From an uncultured Gemmatimonadaceae bacterium (GTDB lineage Bacteria; Gemmatimonadota; Gemmatimonadetes; Gemmatimonadales; Gemmatimonadaceae): a stretch of 64,000 nt of DNA. Below the pieces are notes generated by a model that searched no databases, was not told the DNA's origin, and saw only the letters and a list, made by a program, of their open reading frames with translations. The first letter of the stretch is position 1. Every line of letters begins with the position of its first letter. Positions 40,204 through 51,278 of the stretch are shown here, piece by piece. The stretch lies in contig CAWAGQ010000006.1 in assembly GCA_963781585.1 (NCBI GenBank), positions 224,001 to 288,000 of the forward strand, written 5' to 3'. Made by a program: the position numbers and the translations under genes.

Positions 40204-40257
40204 AATTGGGGTCAGACTCGAATTTCCGGTAATTGGGATCAGACTCGAATTTCCGGT
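40204..40257. repeat. Two tandem 27-bp REP-like units
   Basis: AATTGGG(G/A)TCAGACTCGAATTTCCGGT x2. Confidence 0.8.
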
Positions 40258-40426
40258 AGCAGGCGTCACACTCCAGTGACCGGGAGCCGCTGGACGCGCT
40301 GACCACGGATTTCGAACCCCTGAAGCGGTCCCGTCGCAGGTCCTGCGAGGTGCGGCAAGTCACGAGGCGTCATCGGGTTCCGAAGCGTGACGGTGGCCGG
40401 GTTGCGCCAGTCACTTACCAGAACCA

Positions 40427-42301
40427 ATGACCTCTCGCGAAGACGCACTGACCGACCCGTCGCCGCTCCTCGCCTACGGCGAGAAGCCGCGCATCTCTGC
40501 GTGGTCCAACCCCTACCTCGTGTCCCGGTCGGCGGCGGGGATCGCGGTCATGGTTGGCATCCTGGTGCTCATCGGGTGGGTGGCGGGCGTGCCCGAGCTG
40601 CGGGCACTTGGGCCGGACCCGCGCGACGTCGTGAACCCCATGACGGCGGTGTGCTTCGTCGCCCTGGGCTCGTCGATGTGGCTGCTGTCGATCGAGGAGT
40701 ACCCGCGCGGCCGTGAGATCGCGCGTGCGCTGGCGCTGTTCGTGATGGTGGTGGGTGTGGCGCGCATGTACGGCCTGCTGTTCGGCGACTCGCCAGGCGT
40801 GGATCAGCTCCTGTTCGGCGACACGATGACCGCGTTGCACAATGGCGACCTGAGTCGCATGCCGCCTAACGCGGCGTTTGATCTCGCGCTCCTGGGCACC
40901 GGCCTCCTGTTTCAGGTCAGGTCATCGCGCGCGGGCAGCGTGCTGGCGCAATTGTTCGCGGTGATCGTGCTGTTCACGGCGCAGGCCGCGCTGATCGCGC
41001 ACGCCTACCGGAGCGGGTGGTTCGAAGGCATCGGCAGCTTCAACCGGATGGCGCTGCCCACCGCGATCGCATTCGGCGTGATGTCGGTCGGGGTGATGAC
41101 GTTGAGCAGCGAGGATGGGCTCATCGCCATCATTCTCAGCGACGGGCCGGGCGGATCGACGGCCCGGACGCTGCTGCCGGCGGGCTTCCTGGTGCCCGCG
41201 ATTCTCGGCTGGATGGTGATCTTCGGCCGGCGGGGCCAGGTGATCGACGCCGACCTGGCGGACACCCTCTTCGTGCTGGCGACGATTCTCGTGTTCGTCG
41301 GCATGGTGGCGTGGATCGCGACCCAATTGCACGAGAGTCACCTGGATCGGACGAAGACCGAGGAAGCACTGCGCGAGAGCGAAGTGCGCTTCCGCCTGAT
41401 CGCCGAGAACGGCAGCGACGTGGTGAGTCTGCACGACACGTCGGGCCGGGCGATCTACCTCAGTCCCTCCTGCGAGCGGGTGCTGGGATTCCTGCCGGAA
41501 GAACTGATGCGCATGGCGCCGTTCGCGATCGTGCATCCCGATGACACTGACAAGCTGCAGCGCCATTTCTCGCAGCTCACCCGTGCCGAGCCGGTGACGT
41601 CCATCCAGTGCCGGATGCTGCACAAGACGGGGAAGCACATCTGGCTGGACATGATGTGGCGCGCCGTGTTCAACCGGGAAGGGAAGGTGGTGCGTCTCCA
41701 GGCGTCATCGCGCGACATCACCGAGCGCAAGGAATACGAGAAGCGGCTCGAGGAGACACAGCGGAAGCTGAAGGCGCGGACGGACCAGCTGGAGGAGGCG
41801 AAGATCCAGCTCGAGGCGCTGGCGGCGCTGGACGGCCTGACCGGTCTCAAGAACCGCCGCGCCTTCCAGGACCGGCTGCAGGAGGAGATCTCGCGGTCGC
41901 GGCGTCACGGGCATCCGCTGTCGCTCATCCTGCTCGACATCGACCATTTCAAGTCGTACAACGACACCTTCGGCCATCCCAAGGGCGACGAGGTGCTGCG
42001 CGCGGTCGGCAAACTGCTGTCGCGCACGATGCGCGACACGGATTTCGCGGCGCGATACGGCGGTGAGGAGTTTGCGATCATCCTGCCGAACACCGACCGC
42101 GAGGGTGCGCAGCAGGTGGCCGAGCGGTTGCGGTCGGCGATCGCGGCGGCGGAGTGGGACGACCGCGCGATCACCGCGAGCGTGGGAACGGCATCGTTCT
42201 CGAGCGATGTGAACAACGTGGATGCGCTGTTGGAGCACGCGGACCGGGCCCTCTACCGGTCGAAGGAAGCGGGGCGGAATCGGGTAACGGTGGCGGCATA
42301 G
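40427..42301 (+). CDS. Membrane-bound PAS-GGDEF diguanylate cyclase
   Basis: Multiple TM helices, PAS (YLSPS, VHPDD, RDITERK), RxxD + GGEEF. Confidence 0.94.
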   Translation: MTSREDALTDPSPLLAYGEKPRISAWSNPYLVSRSAAGIAVMVGILVLIGWVAGVPELRALGPDPRDVVNPMTAVCFVALGSSMWLLSIEEYPRGREIARALALFVMVVGVARMYGLLFGDSPGVDQLLFGDTMTALHNGDLSRMPPNAAFDLALLGTGLLFQVRSSRAGSVLAQLFAVIVLFTAQAALIAHAYRSGWFEGIGSFNRMALPTAIAFGVMSVGVMTLSSEDGLIAIILSDGPGGSTARTLLPAGFLVPAILGWMVIFGRRGQVIDADLADTLFVLATILVFVGMVAWIATQLHESHLDRTKTEEALRESEVRFRLIAENGSDVVSLHDTSGRAIYLSPSCERVLGFLPEELMRMAPFAIVHPDDTDKLQRHFSQLTRAEPVTSIQCRMLHKTGKHIWLDMMWRAVFNREGKVVRLQASSRDITERKEYEKRLEETQRKLKARTDQLEEAKIQLEALAALDGLTGLKNRRAFQDRLQEEISRSRRHGHPLSLILLDIDHFKSYNDTFGHPKGDEVLRAVGKLLSRTMRDTDFAARYGGEEFAIILPNTDREGAQQVAERLRSAIAAAEWDDRAITASVGTASFSSDVNNVDALLEHADRALYRSKEAGRNRVTVAA

Positions 42302-42403
42302 GGGCGGGTAGGAGTCCAGAGTCCAGAGGTCGAAGGCGCTGACGCGTGTGCCTGCGCATCATTCGCACCTCCGACCTCCGGCGCTATCGGCTGTGGGCTT
42401 CTG

Positions 42404-45196
42404 TCACGGCACCGGCACCGCCGCCTTCGGCGGATGGTTCGCGAAATCGCCGGCCCGCACCACCGTGATCCTGTTCGGATCGAGGTACTTCTTCAGCGCC
42501 GCGTTCACATCGGCAACGCTGAGATCGGCCACCCACTTCTCGAGCTGCGTGTTGTAGGCCATGGTGCGCCTGGTCATCACCTGATTCGAGAAAAGACTCA
42601 CCAGATACCCATCCTGCGAGCGGTTCTGGAGCTGTTGCTGCAGCCACCCCTGCTTGGCCTTCTCCAGCTCTTCCGCCGTGAATCCGCTCTTCAACACCTT
42701 GTCCAGTTCCTCGCCGAACGCGGACTGCAGCCGCACCACGTTCTCGGGATTGTAGATCGCGTAGGTCTGGAAGGTCGCCACGCTGTCGAGCGACTGGGCG
42801 GAGAAGCTCGAGCCGACGCCGTAGCTGAGGCCGTCCTTCTGACGGATGCGGGTGGCCAGGCGCGAATTGAGGAACCCGCCGCCCAGCATGTAATTCCCGA
42901 GCGTCATCGCCGCGTAGTCCTTGCTGTCGTCGCGCAGCCTGATGTTCTCCCCCGCGTAGAAGAACGCATTCGCCTTGTCGGGCGTCTCGATCTTCTCGTT
43001 GGACTGGGGCACGTCGAAGTATGTGCGGGCCAGATGCGCGAACGGCGTGGGACTCTTCCACGATCCGAACAGCTCGCGCACCGCGGCGGCAACCGAATCC
43101 TTCGCAAAGTCGCCGGCGACCGCCACGTCGGCGTACGAGGCGCCGACCAGATCGGCATACACCTTCTTCACGTCATCGACGGTGAGCTTCTGGTACTCGG
43201 CGATCTGCGCGTCGATGGGGAGCGTGGCGAGCGGATGCGAATCCGGATAGGGCGACAGCTTCCGGGAAATCGCGATGCTGGCGAGCAGCCCCGGCTCGGA
43301 CTTCTGCTGCTCCAGGGATGCGAGCCGCGCCGTCTTCAGCTTGTCGAACTCCCCGGGATCGAACGCGGGCTCCTTGAGGATGCTGGCGACCAGCCGGAGC
43401 GCGGGAATCAGGTTGCCGTGGGTGGTCTCGATGCTGGCGATGGTCGAGTTGCCCGATCCCGAGATGAGGACATCGGCCTTGAGCTTGTCGAAGGCGTCCG
43501 AGATCTGCTGCCGCGTCATGGTGCGGCTCCCCTTGTCGAACATGCTGCTGATCGTCCGGGACGCGAGCGCGCGTCCGGTGAGCGACTGCTCCGTGCCGTA
43601 GCGGAGCGTGACCCGGGCCTCGACCACGTTCCCGCGCGTCTCCTTGGGAAGCAGCGTGACCTTCATCCCGTTAGGCAGCGTGGATCGGGTGGTGCGGACG
43701 TCGATGTTCGATGGCGACGGATCGAATACCTCGCCGGTGGCCAGCACTTCCGTGCTCCGGTAGCTGGCCGCCAGGGAGTCGATCGCCGCGTCGGCGATCA
43801 CCGGAATCGTCGCCCGGTCGGGCTTGTCGGTGGGAATGAACAGCCCGAGGGTCCGGTTCGACGGCTTGAGGTAGGCGGCCGCGACGCGCTGCACGTCCGC
43901 CGGCGTCACCTGCTTCAGCCGGTCGCGATAGATGAAAATGAGCCGCCAATCACCCGACGCCGCCCATTCGGTGAGATCGAGGCCGACGTATTCGGAGTTG
44001 GTCAGTTCGAGGTCGAGATACTTGAGCAGGGTGGCCTTGGAGCGCTCGACTTCCTCGCTGGTCGGGGGCGACGCCGCAACGCCCTCGATGGTGGAGAGCA
44101 GCGTCTGTCTGGCGTCATCGAGCGACTGCTCCTTCCGCACCGAGGCCTGTCCGATCAGCACGCCGGGCTGACGCAACAGGTAACTGTAGGAGGCGGAGGA
44201 GGCGGCCTTCTTCGTCTCCACCAGCGCCTTGTAGAGCCGACCGCCGGGCTGCGAGCCGAGCACCTCCGCCAGCACCGCCACGGGCGCATAGTCGGGATGG
44301 ACCCCGGCCGGCACATGGTACGCGGCCATCACCGCCTGCACATCCCCCACCCGACGGAGCGTCACCTCGCGCTCACCGTCCTGGGTGGGTTCTTCCGTAT
44401 ACGTCGGGAACAGCATGTTGCCCTTGTCCAGCGCGCGCACCGGCCTGGGAATCGACCCGAACTTGTCTGCCACGAGCTTCAGGACCTTGTCCTCATCGAT
44501 CTTGCCGGCCACCACCAGAATCGAGTTGTCGGGCTGGTAGTACTTGTGATAGAACGCCTGCAGCCGCTCGATCGGGACGTTCTCGATGTCGCTGCGGGCA
44601 CCGATGGTGCTCTTCCCGTAGTTGTGCCACAGGAACGCCGTGCTCATCGTCCGTTCGGTCAGCACGTTCAGCGGGGAGTTCTCGCCCGCCTCATACTCGT
44701 TGCGCACCACCGAGAATTCGCTCTCGAGATCCTTCCTGGCGATGTAGCTGTGCACCATCCGGTCCGCCTCGAGATCGAGCGCCCAGGCGATGTTCTCGTC
44801 GGTGGCCGGGACGGTCTCGAAATAGTTGGTGCGATCGTACCAGGTGGTGCCGTTGGGCCGCGCTCCGTGCTCGGTGAGTTCCTGCGGGATGTTCGGGTGA
44901 TTCGGCGTCCCCTTGAACACCATGTGCTCGAGCAGATGTGCCATTCCCGTCTCGCCGTATCCCTCGAACCGCGACCCGACGAGATAGGTGATGTTGATCG
45001 TCGCGGTCGGCTTGCTGGCGTCGGGGAAGATCAGTACCCGCAAACCGTTGTCGAGCGCGTACTCGGTGATCCCCTCCACCGACGCGCGCTTCTGTACGCC
45101 TGCCGGCAACTGCGCGGCGAGCGGCGCCGCCAGCGCCGTCAGGAGCAATGACGCGGCAAGACCCCTCAGACGACGCGGCGTGACGGAACTCAACAT
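42404..45196 (-). CDS. M16 (pitrilysin-type) zinc peptidase, secreted
   Basis: AHLLEHMVFKG, SRLATRIRQKDGLSY; GGAGG RBS before the ATG at 45196. Confidence 0.95.
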   Translation of the reverse strand: MLSSVTPRRLRGLAASLLLTALAAPLAAQLPAGVQKRASVEGITEYALDNGLRVLIFPDASKPTATINITYLVGSRFEGYGETGMAHLLEHMVFKGTPNHPNIPQELTEHGARPNGTTWYDRTNYFETVPATDENIAWALDLEADRMVHSYIARKDLESEFSVVRNEYEAGENSPLNVLTERTMSTAFLWHNYGKSTIGARSDIENVPIERLQAFYHKYYQPDNSILVVAGKIDEDKVLKLVADKFGSIPRPVRALDKGNMLFPTYTEEPTQDGEREVTLRRVGDVQAVMAAYHVPAGVHPDYAPVAVLAEVLGSQPGGRLYKALVETKKAASSASYSYLLRQPGVLIGQASVRKEQSLDDARQTLLSTIEGVAASPPTSEEVERSKATLLKYLDLELTNSEYVGLDLTEWAASGDWRLIFIYRDRLKQVTPADVQRVAAAYLKPSNRTLGLFIPTDKPDRATIPVIADAAIDSLAASYRSTEVLATGEVFDPSPSNIDVRTTRSTLPNGMKVTLLPKETRGNVVEARVTLRYGTEQSLTGRALASRTISSMFDKGSRTMTRQQISDAFDKLKADVLISGSGNSTIASIETTHGNLIPALRLVASILKEPAFDPGEFDKLKTARLASLEQQKSEPGLLASIAISRKLSPYPDSHPLATLPIDAQIAEYQKLTVDDVKKVYADLVGASYADVAVAGDFAKDSVAAAVRELFGSWKSPTPFAHLARTYFDVPQSNEKIETPDKANAFFYAGENIRLRDDSKDYAAMTLGNYMLGGGFLNSRLATRIRQKDGLSYGVGSSFSAQSLDSVATFQTYAIYNPENVVRLQSAFGEELDKVLKSGFTAEELEKAKQGWLQQQLQNRSQDGYLVSLFSNQVMTRRTMAYNTQLEKWVADLSVADVNAALKKYLDPNRITVVRAGDFANHPPKAAVPVP

Positions 45197-45381
45197 GATG
45201 CCTCCCGGTTCGGTGCCTGGACAACGCTCCCGCCAAGGGACCCGGAGCGCAACCCTCACTTTGACACCGGCCCGGCGGCCCCGGTTACCTGCTCTCGCGT
45301 ATTTTCAAGGACTGGCAGCGCGCGCGGGATGTCCCGGTCACTACGCTCCCTCGAAATGACACGGAGCGTGCGAGACGCCCG

Positions 45382-46704
45382 CTACCCCGGCTCGTCGAGC
45401 AGGCCTTCGATCAGCCGCGCCAGGGGCTCCTCGAGGAGCGGATCCCAGTCGAACGCGACGTAGCGGACCAGGCCGCTCTTGTCCACGATCACGAAGGTCG
45501 CGAAGGGATAATGGCCCTCCTGTGCCGTCGGATCGTCCGCCCGGCGCCCATCGGGCAGCCACGAGAACTTCGTCTCAGCCACCGCCAGCATTCCGGGGAC
45601 GTGCAGCTCGCCGCGGAAATACACGCTGTCGTATCGCGCTTCCTGCCCGGGCGATACCGGGGCGGTATCGACGTAGAACCCGTAGGTCCGTGTCACGTTG
45701 ATCAGGTCGAGACCACGCGCCCCGAATCGGGATTGGTAGCGCGCCATCGCTTCGTAGCGTCCGCGACAGCTCATCCCGCAGTAGTGTGAAACGCCGCTGA
45801 TGATCGACACGTGACCGCGCGCGGGGCGGGGCGTGCTGTCGCCGCCGGTGTTGAACCAGAAACGCGCCTCGACCGGAGCAGCCGGCTTCCCCAGCACGCC
45901 GTACATCGTTCGTGTGGTCGCCACGTACCAGTTGCCGTCGGTGCCCGGCGGAATGAACGTGTTCGCCGAGTCGATTACCGCCCGGGCCGAGTCGATCCCC
46001 ACCGTGCGCAGCTCCACCTCCGCCAGCATGAGATACGTCTGGGCCACCGGCAGCGTCAGGCTCCGACGCCCCGAGTCCGGAACCTGTTTCCACAGCTCGA
46101 TCGCGCGCTCGGACTCCGCTCGTGCCGCCGAGTCGTCCCACGCACGCAGCGCCGCCTGCGCGAGGGATTGATGGGCCAGGATCTGTGCCCTGGTTGCGCC
46201 TGCGCGCGCCACGGAGTCCACCGGGCCGCCGGCCGACGCCAGCGAGTCGAGTGCCGTGACCGCGCGTCGCGCGCGCGCCAGCCGCGGCGGTCGGGCAGCG
46301 AGATTGTCACTGGCGATGAGATAGAGCGCCCAGGCGCGCTCGCGTGCCGGCGCATCCGCGAGGTGTTCGAGATAGCGACGCTGCAGCGATGCTGCGACGG
46401 AGTCTGCGCCCGCGGCGAGCTTGACGCGCGCCAGGTTCAGAAGCTGGCGCTCGTCGCTGGTCAGGCCACCGTACGCTCCATCGCACGCAAGAGTCGCGTC
46501 GATGGTCGCGCGACGCAGCGTGTCCGACGCGGGCGTGAATGCCGCCGAGTCCCGTTCCTGTCGCGCCGCGAACTGCTCGGCGAGACCCGGCACCATCGCG
46601 CATCGCGAGGGCGTGAAGAACTGGTAGGGCATGCCGACGCGCTGCCCGAACGCGACGGCAGGCGGGCAGAGGAGAAACGCGGCCCCGAACAGGCTACACC
46701 GCAT
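45382..46704 (-). CDS. Secreted hypothetical protein with C-terminal thioredoxin/TlpA-like domain
   Basis: GKPAAPVEARFW, CGMSC, FVIVDKSGLVRY. Confidence 0.6.
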   Translation of the reverse strand: MRCSLFGAAFLLCPPAVAFGQRVGMPYQFFTPSRCAMVPGLAEQFAARQERDSAAFTPASDTLRRATIDATLACDGAYGGLTSDERQLLNLARVKLAAGADSVAASLQRRYLEHLADAPARERAWALYLIASDNLAARPPRLARARRAVTALDSLASAGGPVDSVARAGATRAQILAHQSLAQAALRAWDDSAARAESERAIELWKQVPDSGRRSLTLPVAQTYLMLAEVELRTVGIDSARAVIDSANTFIPPGTDGNWYVATTRTMYGVLGKPAAPVEARFWFNTGGDSTPRPARGHVSIISGVSHYCGMSCRGRYEAMARYQSRFGARGLDLINVTRTYGFYVDTAPVSPGQEARYDSVYFRGELHVPGMLAVAETKFSWLPDGRRADDPTAQEGHYPFATFVIVDKSGLVRYVAFDWDPLLEEPLARLIEGLLDEPG

Positions 46705-48142
46705 CGGCCAGACTCGTCAGGCTGAAGTCGCGGATGAGAGCCGGAGGCGCCACGGCCGGCATCCGCTGCAGCACGCGGATCGGTGTGCCAAGCGCCTGCA
46801 GGTTGTTGAACGCGAACAGCGGGGACTCGCGGAACCGGAAATTCTTCACCGGCGTCACGATCTTCCCGCGCTCGATGAGCCAGACACCGTCGGCGGTGGT
46901 TCCACTGCACAGCAGGCTCGTGCCCTCTACCACCCGGATGTTCACCAGCCGCGTGATGAGCAGCCCCCGCACGGTGTCGGCGATCATCTCCTCCTTCGAC
47001 ACCGGTCCACCGCTCACGCGAAACGCGGAGCTGTTGTTGAGGGGATCTGATCGATTGAGCTCGCGGAGCGCGTAGTACCTGTCGTACGACAGCTCCTTGA
47101 GCACACCAGCGTCGATCCACTTGACGGCGCGATAGGGCGACCCATCCACCCAGAACGGAACGAAGGGAGCGCCGGGATCGGCAGGGTCGGCGCTGATGGT
47201 GATTCGCTCGTCCAGAACCTTCTGCCCGATCCGGGAGCGCGGCCGCGGCAGTGGAATCGCGCCTGGCGAGAGCGCGACGCCCGGGGCCGCAAGCGTCCCG
47301 GTGGGCTCCGCGGTGGCCGGCCGGTCGGCCCACGGCCCCATGCCCATTTCGGCGCCCTGGCGGTCGAGTGAACGCACGAGGGGAAGCATCAGATCGGCGA
47401 CCGCCTGCGGCTCGAGGATCACCGTGTACCGCCCCGGTTCGATGGCGACGGGATTGGCCGATCGCCGGCACTTGTCGAGCGCGATGGCGGACAGACCGGC
47501 GGCGTCGATCGCCTGCCAGTCCCGGTTGTCCACGCCGGCCCACCCCGACGCCGTTCCCTCGGCATTGCGCACCGTGACACTGTATTCGGCGCGCGTCTGC
47601 GGCGCGTACGCGAACATGCCCGCGGAATTGAGCATGCCGGTCGCGGCCGCCGAGACCTCGAGGTAGCCGGCGGAGAGCAGTCCGGCGGCCATCGCGGGCT
47701 CGACGAGCTGCCGTTGCTGCGCGGCGCGCGCCCCGGCGTCGAGCGCGTACGTGGTGTCGCTCCACAGATCGGTTCGCGGATACACCTCGCCGGTGCGGAG
47801 CGGCGTGGCGTCGAGATCGAACTGCGCGTAACGCAACTGCTGCTCGGCGCGACGCACGCACGCCTCGAGCGCATCGTCGTCCGCGCGGTTGGTCGTGGCC
47901 GCTCCACCGGCGCCCCGGATGCGGCGATCGATGATGATGCGATGGTCGGTGGTGTCGCCGGATGTGGTGATCTGGTTGCCGGCCCACCGGACGTTTCCGA
48001 TCCACGCGCTGCGGATCCACAGCGACACATCGCCGCCTCCCGCGCTCATCCGCACCACGCGATCGAGGATGTCGCGGCATGCTTCCCTGGACAGGAAGCG
48101 GTCGTCCGCCAGCAGCGAGTGCGGGCGCCCCCGTGACCGCAT
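46694..48142 (-). CDS. TldD/PmbA-family protein (TldE-like subunit)
   Basis: AEGTASGWA, IEPGRYTVILEPQAV, LIERGKI..PVKNFRFRESP. Confidence 0.9.
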   Translation of the reverse strand: MRSRGRPHSLLADDRFLSREACRDILDRVVRMSAGGGDVSLWIRSAWIGNVRWAGNQITTSGDTTDHRIIIDRRIRGAGGAATTNRADDDALEACVRRAEQQLRYAQFDLDATPLRTGEVYPRTDLWSDTTYALDAGARAAQQRQLVEPAMAAGLLSAGYLEVSAAATGMLNSAGMFAYAPQTRAEYSVTVRNAEGTASGWAGVDNRDWQAIDAAGLSAIALDKCRRSANPVAIEPGRYTVILEPQAVADLMLPLVRSLDRQGAEMGMGPWADRPATAEPTGTLAAPGVALSPGAIPLPRPRSRIGQKVLDERITISADPADPGAPFVPFWVDGSPYRAVKWIDAGVLKELSYDRYYALRELNRSDPLNNSSAFRVSGGPVSKEEMIADTVRGLLITRLVNIRVVEGTSLLCSGTTADGVWLIERGKIVTPVKNFRFRESPLFAFNNLQALGTPIRVLQRMPAVAPPALIRDFSLTSLADAV

Positions 48143-49785
48143 CAGGCCTTCCTCAGCGCATCGGTCACGGCCACCCGCCGAAAGAGCGCCGGCGCCGCCG
48201 TGACGCTGAACGCGAGTTGCTGCGCGGGCTGTCCCTTGCGCGCGATCCAGGCGCTGGTGAGCTGCGACCGCCGGCCACCGACTGCGGCGAGACTCTTCCA
48301 CAGCTCCGGCGCGCGGAAGAGGCACTGCGAGTTCCGCACGCACCCGATTCGTTTTCCGCCGCGCACTTCGTACACCATGTTGCCGTTGATCTCGCCGTTG
48401 AGCTGCTGGCGATCCACGGTCACGCCGCCGCCGAACCCCGGCGATCCCTCGACACCGCGCACTACGAGGCCATGTCCGAGCTCCGCGGCCAGATCGTCGA
48501 GCAGGACGTCCGCGCGCCCCGGAGCCAGTGTGAGGTTCGGCGTCTGGACGGTGGGAAAACGCAGGGCGTCCTCGCTCGCCGCGCACCCGTGCGACCGCGC
48601 CGCGCGTCCCGACCGCGCGTACCACGTCGCGAGCACCGGAGCGAGTTCGCGGGTCGTCTGGTAGTCCACCACCACGCCGTCCTTCACCAGCTGGTAGTCC
48701 TCGGGGGCAACGCCGTCGTCGTCCCACCGCACGGTGGCCAGGCCACCGGGACGGGAGCGGTCGGCCGTGACGTTGAGGAGCGCGGGACCTAACGAGAGAT
48801 ACCCCAGGATCCGGTCCGGCGGTGCCAGGTAGGTGGTGCCGCCGGCGTTCGCCTCAAAACCGAGCACCCGATCGAGTTCGGCGGCCACGCCGATCGTCTG
48901 CGCGAGAATCTGGGCGGTGACCACGGCATCGAGGACCACGTCGTACCGATCGGGCGACACCGTCCGCGCCCGCAGCATCTGCACGGCGTCGTCGAGCAGC
49001 CCGGGAACGTCGTCGGCGATCGGCGCCTCGGCCAGCACTTCCCACCCGCCGGCCGCCGGTTGCGGCCGGTCGCCCTTGCGTTCGACCGCCGCGCCACCGG
49101 CCCCCGCGCGAATGCTGTAGGCCGGATGCGACGTGTAGAGGGACTGCGAGACGAACGTGCCGTCGGTGGAGGCGAACGTCTTCTGCTGACGACGGTGCTC
49201 GACGCTGATCGACGCCTGCACCGGCACGTCCAGGTCGGCGCGCGTGGGAATCTCGTTGAACGCCAGCAGCGTTTCGACTTTCTCGGGGAGCGATACGGTG
49301 AAGGGATCGCGGCGGATCGGCGTCGCATACTCACCGGTCGCCGCCGGCACACGATCGCCGAGCTCCACCCGCCGCCGGCGACCGCGCGCGTTATGGCCGG
49401 CCTGGATCGCCGCGTCCCGGCCCAGCCGCGCCACTTCGTCCGTCGTCCAGACCGGACTCGCCGCGAACCCCCACGCGCCGTCGGCCAGCGCACGCACGCC
49501 CACCAGACCGCTCTCGGCATCGTCCGACACGAACCACAGGAATCCTTCGGCGCCGACACTCTCGACGCGGGTCAAGGTGAAGCGAACGTCCGCGTAACTG
49601 GCGCCCGCGGCAGTGGCCGCTTCGAGGGCAGCCGCGGCCAGTTCGCGGAGCTGCGGATCGCCAACCTGAGGAAACCGATCGAACCCACTCAGCAAGGCGG
49701 GCAGGTGCGGGCCACCGCGCGCGGTCGCCACCACCGCGGCCGCGCCTGCCATCTCCTTCAGGAATCCGCGTCGTGTCGAACTCAT
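48142..49785 (-). CDS. TldD-family protein with Tat signal and degenerate metal site
   Basis: TRRGFLK; GASYADVR, ELDRVLGFEANAGGT, KGQP; the HExxxH position reads AQTIGV. Confidence 0.88.
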   Translation of the reverse strand: MSSTRRGFLKEMAGAAAVVATARGGPHLPALLSGFDRFPQVGDPQLRELAAAALEAATAAGASYADVRFTLTRVESVGAEGFLWFVSDDAESGLVGVRALADGAWGFAASPVWTTDEVARLGRDAAIQAGHNARGRRRRVELGDRVPAATGEYATPIRRDPFTVSLPEKVETLLAFNEIPTRADLDVPVQASISVEHRRQQKTFASTDGTFVSQSLYTSHPAYSIRAGAGGAAVERKGDRPQPAAGGWEVLAEAPIADDVPGLLDDAVQMLRARTVSPDRYDVVLDAVVTAQILAQTIGVAAELDRVLGFEANAGGTTYLAPPDRILGYLSLGPALLNVTADRSRPGGLATVRWDDDGVAPEDYQLVKDGVVVDYQTTRELAPVLATWYARSGRAARSHGCAASEDALRFPTVQTPNLTLAPGRADVLLDDLAAELGHGLVVRGVEGSPGFGGGVTVDRQQLNGEINGNMVYEVRGGKRIGCVRNSQCLFRAPELWKSLAAVGGRRSQLTSAWIARKGQPAQQLAFSVTAAPALFRRVAVTDALRKA

Positions 49786-49855
49786 GAATCCATCACCTCA
49801 CGCCGCGCCACGGTTTGCGCTGCGCTCGAATGCAGGAGCTGATCCCATCGCGGAC

Positions 49856-51278
49856 TCACGCCGCACCCCTGAGCCGTCGCGACGCCCATTCGAATATGAG
49901 CGCCATCACGAACAGGGCATACAGCCAACCTGGCGGAAGATAAAAGCCAGTTCCAGTTCGAGAGACGCCACCTGACGACGGTCCCAGCTTTTCGACGAGA
50001 TGGGCGAGTGGCGCCTCCTCGGTTTCGGCCGGGCGCGCCAACGGACGTTCGATGCGCGAAGGCCACGCGCGCGACCAGTGAGGCCCACCACTCGCGGTGG
50101 TTCGCCACCGCGTTCTCGCCACCGCCCATTCGCCATCGCCACGTGTCTTCATATCCGATCGCGATCACGCGGCCGTGCTCCACGCGGCGCGCCGCCACGG
50201 CTACCGCAGCCGCGCGCTCCTCGAGGGCTACGGCATCGTCCTCGAGGGCGATGGGCGTGAGCGCCAGGTCGCGGCGCGGATCGCCGGGATGTGGCGCAAA
50301 GGGCTCGACCGCCGGGACCCCGACGAGCGACTCGCCCACTCGCAGCGTCTCCATGACCCGGGCCGCCAGCACCGTGACGGATGCGACCAGCCCTCCGCCG
50401 CTGCGCACGTACGCGACGATGTCGCGTGCGCGCGCAAGCGCGGAGGTGTCGAGCGCGACGACCGCGGCGTAGGTCGCGGTGTCGATGCGGATCGGGAGGC
50501 GGCACCGGCCGGCCGACGCGCAGGAAGAATCCTGGACTACGTCTCCCCTGGGAGAGAGCGCCAGCCGAGCATCCACGCGCCACCCTCGCTCCTCCAGCGC
50601 GGCGAGGACGAACTTGCTCTCCCACCCGACGCGCGCCAGCAACAGCAGACGGCCGAGCGACAGCGCGCTCCCGGTCGCGGACCGTGCCGTCATTGGCTCT
50701 CCGCGCACGAACACCTCGTCAGGCGCCGACCGCGCGAGAAAGCGCCCGCCCGCGCCGGCGGCGGTGATCGAATCCAGCGGGCCGTATCGATCCATCAGAT
50801 GGAGGGGCGTACCCGCGGGGGCGGCCACCCACACGCCCGTTCCGCCGGCCGGATCCGCGAGCGGCTCTGCCGCGGCAGCCAGTGGGATCAGGCCGCGTCC
50901 GTCCCAGGCGACCGCAGTCCCGGTCGCGGTCAGTGCCGACAGCCAGTCGAGCCGCGACGCCTGCACCTCGCCCGTCACGCGAACGTGCACTCGCGCCGGT
51001 GCGAGTGAGGTGCTCCAGCGGCGCAGCGCGACACCCAGCGAGTCGCTGCCGGCGATCTCCGTGCGCTCCACCGCGCGCGGCCGGCCGGTCTGGACCAGCA
51101 GCCAGGCGAGGACCATCAACGCGACCCCGCGAGCGGCACGCTCCACCATGCGGCGCAGGTTGCGCGCCGCCGGGCCGACCCCCGCCTGACGAGCAGACGG
51201 CTCTGTCGCGCCGCCCCCTGCCTGACGAGCAGACCGCTCCGTCGCGCCGCCCGGTTCCCGATCAGCGGGTGAGCGCAT
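49856..51278 (-). CDS. Membrane protein of the MoxR operon (probable frameshift near 50040)
   Basis: WESKFV..ALEE.GW, DTWRWRM; the typical tail LIFEWASRRLRG lies in another frame ending at 49856; 36-bp tandem repeat at 51184-51252. Confidence 0.65.

Noticed and set aside
4182..49785. Link between the Cys-rich peptide and TldD/E as a RiPP pathway
   Set aside because: Over 40 kb apart, no RiPP modification enzymes nearby, and this TldD lacks its metal motif.
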